Assembly: GCA_963668695.2 (NCBI GenBank)
Contig: CAXXLQ010000004.1
Coordinates: 3,328,001 to 3,392,000, forward strand
From: Vicinamibacteria bacterium
Lineage (GTDB): Bacteria > Acidobacteriota > Vicinamibacteria > Marinacidobacterales > Marinacidobacteraceae
DNA length: 64,000 nucleotides
Reading direction: 5' to 3'
Position numbers and translations under genes: made by a program. The number at the start of each line of letters is the position of its first letter. Position 1 is the first letter of the stretch. The notes below the pieces were generated by a model, which did no database searches, had not been told where the DNA came from, and saw nothing but the letters and a program-made list of their open reading frames with translations. Positions 59,014 through 64,000 of this stretch are shown here, in pieces.

Positions 59014-62000
59014 CCTCTTTCGCCAGGTGGGCCGCCGTCGCCCGCCGGGAACTGTCCTCGGCGCTGCGGCGGCCCTCCTACTGGTTTCTGTTCGGGGTTC
59101 TGGTACTGGCGGCGTGGGGGTTCTCCGAGGGGAACGTGACCATCTCCAGCGGCGACGCAACCGCGGGAGGAAACCGGTCGCACGTCACCTCCGTCTTCGC
59201 CCAGAGCATGTTCCAGTCGATCTCGATCTCGGGCATGGGCGCCTGGTTCCTGGCCATCGGGGCGGGGCTCGTGCTGGTCCGGGACGCGGAACATCGCGTG
59301 GGCGAGGTGCTCCACGCGACCCGGCTGACTCCCCGGGAGTACGTGTGGGGCAGCTTCGCCGGAGCGGTTACGGCCTTCCTGGTCATCTGGGGCCTGTACC
59401 TGGGTGCCTCCGTGGGCTTCAACCATGTCCTGGCGGCCGGAGCGGAATCCCGCCAGATCGGGCCGTTCGTTCTCGGGAACTACCTCGCTCCCACCCTGCT
59501 CCTCGGCCTTCCCCAGATCGTGTTCTTCGCGGGCGTACCACTGTTCCTCGGCGCCTGGACCCGCCGCCCGATCGTGGTCTTCGCGTTTCCGATCGCGGTG
59601 CTGCTCGTCGCCCTGGGATTTTTGGTCTCCTGGTCGCCGAGCTGGCTCGACCCGGCGATCAACCGCGCGCTGATGCTTGCGGATCCCTCGGGTTTCCGGT
59701 GGCTGAACGAGACCTTCCTGAAGATTGATCGGGGGGTTGACTTCTACAACACGGCGCCGCTGCCTCCGGACACCGGATTCCTCCTCAGCCGCATCGCTCT
59801 GGCCGCCGTCGGACTGCTGGCGGTGGAAGCCGCGGTGCGGAACACCGCCCGCCGACTCCTTCGGGGAGACATGGATTCGGTGGTGGTCGGCTTTCGCCGG
59901 AGCGGCAAGAAGAAGACGCCCGCGCCGGACCTCACGAGCGCACCGGCCCCCGCCGGGAGGACGCTGAGCGAACTCGGCATGCGGACCAGCCCCCCGGGGT
60001 TCTTCACGGCGGTTCACGCGATCGGCCGGGCCGAGGTCCGCGAGTTGCTCGTTCGGCCGGGTGTCTATCTTTTCGTCCCCCTGATCCTCTGGCAGTCGGT
60101 CAGTCAGAGTCTCTTCGCGCTCGGGCCTTTCGATTCGCCGCTGCTGGTGACTTCGGGGGCGATGGCGGCGCGGCAGTTCAACACGCTGAGCCTGCTCGTG
60201 TGCATTCTGCTGCTCTTCTACACGGTGGAGTCGCTGGTGAAGGAGCGAGCCCAGCGATTCGCCGAGATCTACCGGGCGACACCCGTCGGGACCGGGGCGA
60301 TGCTCCTCGGCAAGACCGCGGGCAGCGTCGTGTTGGCGGCGCTGGTCCTGAGCACCGCCCTGATCGCGTCCGCGACGATCATCGCGGTGCGGCAGCTTCT
60401 CGGCGATCCGGTCGGCTTCACGCTCTGGCCGTTCATTGCAGCCTGGGGCGGCGTGATGGCCCCGACGTTCATTTTCTGGACGACGTTCATCACCGCCGCC
60501 TTCGCCCTCTTCCGCAACCGCTACACGGTGTACGGACTCGGGCTGGCGATCGCGATCTACACCGTCTACCGGATGAACGCGGGCGAGGCGCTCTCGTGGG
60601 TCACCAACTGGATAGCCTGGAACTCGATCCAGTGGAGCGATATGGGCGCTTTTTCACTCCACGGCCGCGCCCTGTTGCTGAACCGCCTCCTGTACCTGAG
60701 TCTCGTCCCCCTGCTCCTGGTCCTGGCGATGCGGTGGTTCGGGCGGCAGGAGTTCGACGCCACTCGGATCCTGCACCGCCTGCGGCCGAAGGCCCTGTTG
60801 GGGAGCGGGGTGCGGCTCCTTCCTTTCGCCGTGCCGCCGGTTTTCCTCGCGTCCCTGCTGTTCTTTGGCGGACGAGCCGGCTACCAGGGACCGGGCGTTG
60901 AGGAAGCCGTCAAGAACTACTGGCGGCGCAACGTGGCCACCTGGACCGACTTCAGAATGCCGTCGGTCTCCCACGTGGACCTGGACGTCGAACTCGAGCC
61001 CCGGGCCCATTCCGCTTCGGTGTCCGGCGCCTACACGTTCTTCAACCACCGCGACTATGTGGTTCGCCAGCTTCCCATCACCGCCGGCCTCTGGGACCCC
61101 ATCGAGTGGACCCTCGACGGGGAGCCCTACGAACCGGAGGACCGCTCGGGTCTCTTTGTCTTCACCCCCGAAGAACCGCTGGCGCCCGGGGAGTCGCTCA
61201 CGGTCGGTTTCCGCTACGACCTGCAGCACCCCCGCGGCTTGAGCACGAGGGTCGGCGGCCGCGGCCAGTTCATCCTCAATTCGGGGGTCGTCCTCACCGC
61301 CTTCGCGCCCACCTTCGCTCCGGTTCCCGGGTACCTGCCGGGAATCGGCGTGGACGAAGAGAACCGGTACGACCAGCGGGAGTACCCCGACGATTTCTTC
61401 GAGGGGGAGACCGAACCGGCCTTCGGCTGGGGCGGAACGCCCCTCACCACGAGAATCCGAATCACCACGCCGGAGGAATACACCGCGAACAGCGTGGGTC
61501 GGCTGGTGAGCGACGAGGTCCGGGAGGGGCGGCGCACTGTGGTGTGGGAGTCCGACCACCCGGTCCGGCTCTTCAACATCGTCGCCGGCCGCTACGCGGT
61601 CAAGGAGGGGCGGGGCACCGCCATCTACTACCACCCGGAGCACGACTACAACGTCGAGGAGATGTCCGCCGCACTCGACGCGGCGAGGGAGCACTACTCG
61701 GAGTGGTTCCACCCCTTCCCGTGGGAACGCCTGAAGCTCTCCGAGTTCCCGGCGTTCGCCGGCTACGCGCAGGGATTCCCCACGAACATCACCTTCAGCG
61801 AGGGAATCGGCTTCCTGACGAAGAGCGATCCCCGCTCGCACGCCGCCTTCGCCATCGTGGCGCACGAAGCGGCGCACCAGTGGTGGGGGAACATCCTGAC
61901 TCCCGGACGCGGACCGGGCGGCAACATGCTGTCCGAGGGGATGTCCCACTACGCGACCATCCTGCTACACGAGCAGGTCTATGGAGACCGCCACCGGATC

Positions 62001-62648
62001 GAGTTCGTGAAACGGATCGAAGATCAATACGGCGACGCGCGGTTCGTGGATTCCGAACGGCCCCTCGTCAAGACGGACGGCTCACGATCGGGCGACGCAG
62101 CGGTCATCTACCAAAAGGGCGGGTGGGTGATGTGGATGCTCCAGCGGGAGATGGGCCGCGAAAACCTCCTGGCGGGGCTCCGCGCCTTCATCGAGGCGTA
62201 CCGCTCCAGTCCGGACTTTCCGGTCATCCAGGACATGCTGAGGGTGCTCCGGGACTACGCCCCGGACCCCGATGTCTTCGACTCGTTCACCCGGCAGTGG
62301 TTCCACGACGTGGTCGTCCCGGAGTACCGGCTCTCCCAGGTGACGAAAGAGAGGGATGGCGACGGTTGGGTCGTGCGCGGCTCGCTGGAGAACGCGGGGA
62401 CGGGACGGGTGACGGTGGAGGTGGCCGCGACGGCTGGCGAGCGTTGGTCCGACGAAGGCGACGACGCCAACCGGACGGTCGTCCGGAGCGATTACCGTGA
62501 CTCCAGGGCGGCAATCGAACTGGGCGCTGGGGAATCAGCCGACTTTCAGATCGCCACCGACTTCGATCCGGCACGCATCGTCGTCGACCCGGACGCGCTC
62601 GTACTCCAGTTGCGCCGGGAGGCCGCGGTCTTCGAGTTCCCTCAATAA
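59010..62648 (+). CDS. ABC-2 permease fused to an M1 aminopeptidase domain
   Basis: Two multi-TM blocks, then YAQGFP, HEAAHQWWG...SEG, IYQKG. Confidence 0.88.
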   Translation: MTSFARWAAVARRELSSALRRPSYWFLFGVLVLAAWGFSEGNVTISSGDATAGGNRSHVTSVFAQSMFQSISISGMGAWFLAIGAGLVLVRDAEHRVGEVLHATRLTPREYVWGSFAGAVTAFLVIWGLYLGASVGFNHVLAAGAESRQIGPFVLGNYLAPTLLLGLPQIVFFAGVPLFLGAWTRRPIVVFAFPIAVLLVALGFLVSWSPSWLDPAINRALMLADPSGFRWLNETFLKIDRGVDFYNTAPLPPDTGFLLSRIALAAVGLLAVEAAVRNTARRLLRGDMDSVVVGFRRSGKKKTPAPDLTSAPAPAGRTLSELGMRTSPPGFFTAVHAIGRAEVRELLVRPGVYLFVPLILWQSVSQSLFALGPFDSPLLVTSGAMAARQFNTLSLLVCILLLFYTVESLVKERAQRFAEIYRATPVGTGAMLLGKTAGSVVLAALVLSTALIASATIIAVRQLLGDPVGFTLWPFIAAWGGVMAPTFIFWTTFITAAFALFRNRYTVYGLGLAIAIYTVYRMNAGEALSWVTNWIAWNSIQWSDMGAFSLHGRALLLNRLLYLSLVPLLLVLAMRWFGRQEFDATRILHRLRPKALLGSGVRLLPFAVPPVFLASLLFFGGRAGYQGPGVEEAVKNYWRRNVATWTDFRMPSVSHVDLDVELEPRAHSASVSGAYTFFNHRDYVVRQLPITAGLWDPIEWTLDGEPYEPEDRSGLFVFTPEEPLAPGESLTVGFRYDLQHPRGLSTRVGGRGQFILNSGVVLTAFAPTFAPVPGYLPGIGVDEENRYDQREYPDDFFEGETEPAFGWGGTPLTTRIRITTPEEYTANSVGRLVSDEVREGRRTVVWESDHPVRLFNIVAGRYAVKEGRGTAIYYHPEHDYNVEEMSAALDAAREHYSEWFHPFPWERLKLSEFPAFAGYAQGFPTNITFSEGIGFLTKSDPRSHAAFAIVAHEAAHQWWGNILTPGRGPGGNMLSEGMSHYATILLHEQVYGDRHRIEFVKRIEDQYGDARFVDSERPLVKTDGSRSGDAAVIYQKGGWVMWMLQREMGRENLLAGLRAFIEAYRSSPDFPVIQDMLRVLRDYAPDPDVFDSFTRQWFHDVVVPEYRLSQVTKERDGDGWVVRGSLENAGTGRVTVEVAATAGERWSDEGDDANRTVVRSDYRDSRAAIELGAGESADFQIATDFDPARIVVDPDALVLQLRREAAVFEFPQ

Positions 62649-62860
62649 CGGGCGCGCGTGGCGCCGTCCCCCAACCAGGACCGCCATTCACCCAAATCGC
62701 GCCGCTGGGCTGGGAACGCCGGCCAGTTCTCCCGGTGGGGGCTTCACACCGTTCCGCGGCGCGAGCGCCGCAAAACGGTGTCGAGCTACCCGTCCCCGAT
62801 GGCCCGCGAGCGCCGGAATGCCGGTTCGAGCCGGCGTCCCCTGCGCCGCAGCCCGCGACG

Positions 62861-64000
62861 CTACTGCTGCTCGTCCGTGGCCGTCTGTTCCGGCACGTCC
62901 CCGAGGCGGACCGCCCAGAGGCCCGAGTTGCGGTCCGAGAAGAAGATGACGCCCTTATGGGGCTGGACGCCCCAGACCTGCGGCGCGTTCGGCAGGAACC
63001 CCTCGGGGTCGAGTGGCAGGAAGCGGGCGATCTCCCGGCCCTGGCGGTAAAGGTTCCCGAGCAGCTCGCCCGAGACGTCCACCACCCGGAGCCCGCCGTT
63101 GTAGAACGCCACGTACATCACGTCGTCCTCGATCCAGATGTTGTGGCTTCCCGCCTCGGGGACCTCGTAGCGGCCGACCAACCGCGGCGGCGCCTCGAAC
63201 TTCTCGTCCCACTCCAGGATGTGGATCCAGCCACGCCAGCGGGTGGGCTCGTTGTCGTACCCGGGAGTGCCGGTTCCGATCTCCGAGAGCGGGCTGTAGC
63301 GTCCGCTACGGGCGGCCTCGTCCCCGGCGAAGATGTAGAACTTGCCGGTCGAGGCGCTCCGGTAGGGATAGACCGCGTGGTTCCAGCCGGTCGGGAACGG
63401 GAACTGTCCGATGAGCTTCGGACTCTGCGGCGTGCCGCCCTTACCGGCGCCGCCCACGTCGATCACCGCGACCCCGTCGCTCCAGTTCGCCGAATAGGCG
63501 ATGCCCTCCACCACCCAGACGTCGTGGATCGAGCGCGCCGGGCTGTCGAGGGCGAAACTGCCCACCCGGTGCGGAACCGAAGGATCCTCGATGTTGATGA
63601 TGTCGAAGCGCCGGCCGCCGGAGAGGGCGTAGACGTGCCCTTCGTGGATGAAGGTGTTGTGGACGCCGCCGGTGAGTTGGTCGTCGTACTCGGCGAGCTT
63701 CTGCACTCCCTTGGCCGGGTCGGACACGTCGAGGATGACCAGTCCGTTCCGCCGGTTGGACGCTCCCTCGCGGGAGATCACCGCGGTCGCTCCGTCCTCG
63801 GAGATCTTGACGTCATTCACGGTGCGGGCGTCCACCCGCACCACGTCCACGATCTCCAGGTTCTCGGGATCGGTAACGTCCCAGATGTAGGCATGGCCGG
63901 CGGCGCTGTGGGTGCCGGTCATCGCGTAGTCGCGCCCGTTCGGCGCCTCCCAGACCCACAGATCCGAGGTCGCCCGGTCCTTTACCCGGCCGTGGCCGAC
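62861..64000 (-). CDS. LVIVD-repeat protein, 5' truncated by window edge
   Basis: GLVILDVSDP, GVHN, IHDVWV, GLRVVDVS, DRNSGLWAV. Confidence 0.8.
   Translation of the reverse strand, partial: VGHGRVKDRATSDLWVWEAPNGRDYAMTGTHSAAGHAYIWDVTDPENLEIVDVVRVDARTVNDVKISEDGATAVISREGASNRRNGLVILDVSDPAKGVQKLAEYDDQLTGGVHNTFIHEGHVYALSGGRRFDIINIEDPSVPHRVGSFALDSPARSIHDVWVVEGIAYSANWSDGVAVIDVGGAGKGGTPQSPKLIGQFPFPTGWNHAVYPYRSASTGKFYIFAGDEAARSGRYSPLSEIGTGTPGYDNEPTRWRGWIHILEWDEKFEAPPRLVGRYEVPEAGSHNIWIEDDVMYVAFYNGGLRVVDVSGELLGNLYRQGREIARFLPLDPEGFLPNAPQVWGVQPHKGVIFFSDRNSGLWAVRLGDVPEQTATDEQQ

Overview
High-GC (roughly 68-70% by eye) bacterial chromosomal window. An Acidobacteriota-like origin is inferred from the rplM-rpsI-rpsB-tsf-pyrH-frr order, the short EF-Ts and the VWA/TPR content. 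Coding content is mostly ordinary: a complete MoxR-DUF58-BatA-E operon, a VapBC pair, ppk1, glpK, a PotABCD-like ABC operon containing an MmgE/PrpD gene, several peptidases and amidohydrolases, a GntP permease with Gfo/DUF1080 genes, and a translation cluster. The unusual part is non-coding. (1) A TA-targeting MITE-like family sits at 11 loci and forms nested head(n)-body(m) arrays. One filled/empty site pair is visible, and one copy lies in frame inside a peptidase signal peptide. (2) A ~16-21 bp non-palindromic tag (CCCACCGGGAGAACTGG, ~45 copies by manual count) occurs in both orientations at many different positions of unrelated repeat families. (3) Short tandem duplications recur at gene boundaries, including a 10x14-bp array that forms a chain of overlapping start/stop mini-ORFs. 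No transposase, tRNA, rRNA or CRISPR array was recognised. All product calls come from motif recognition, not database searches.
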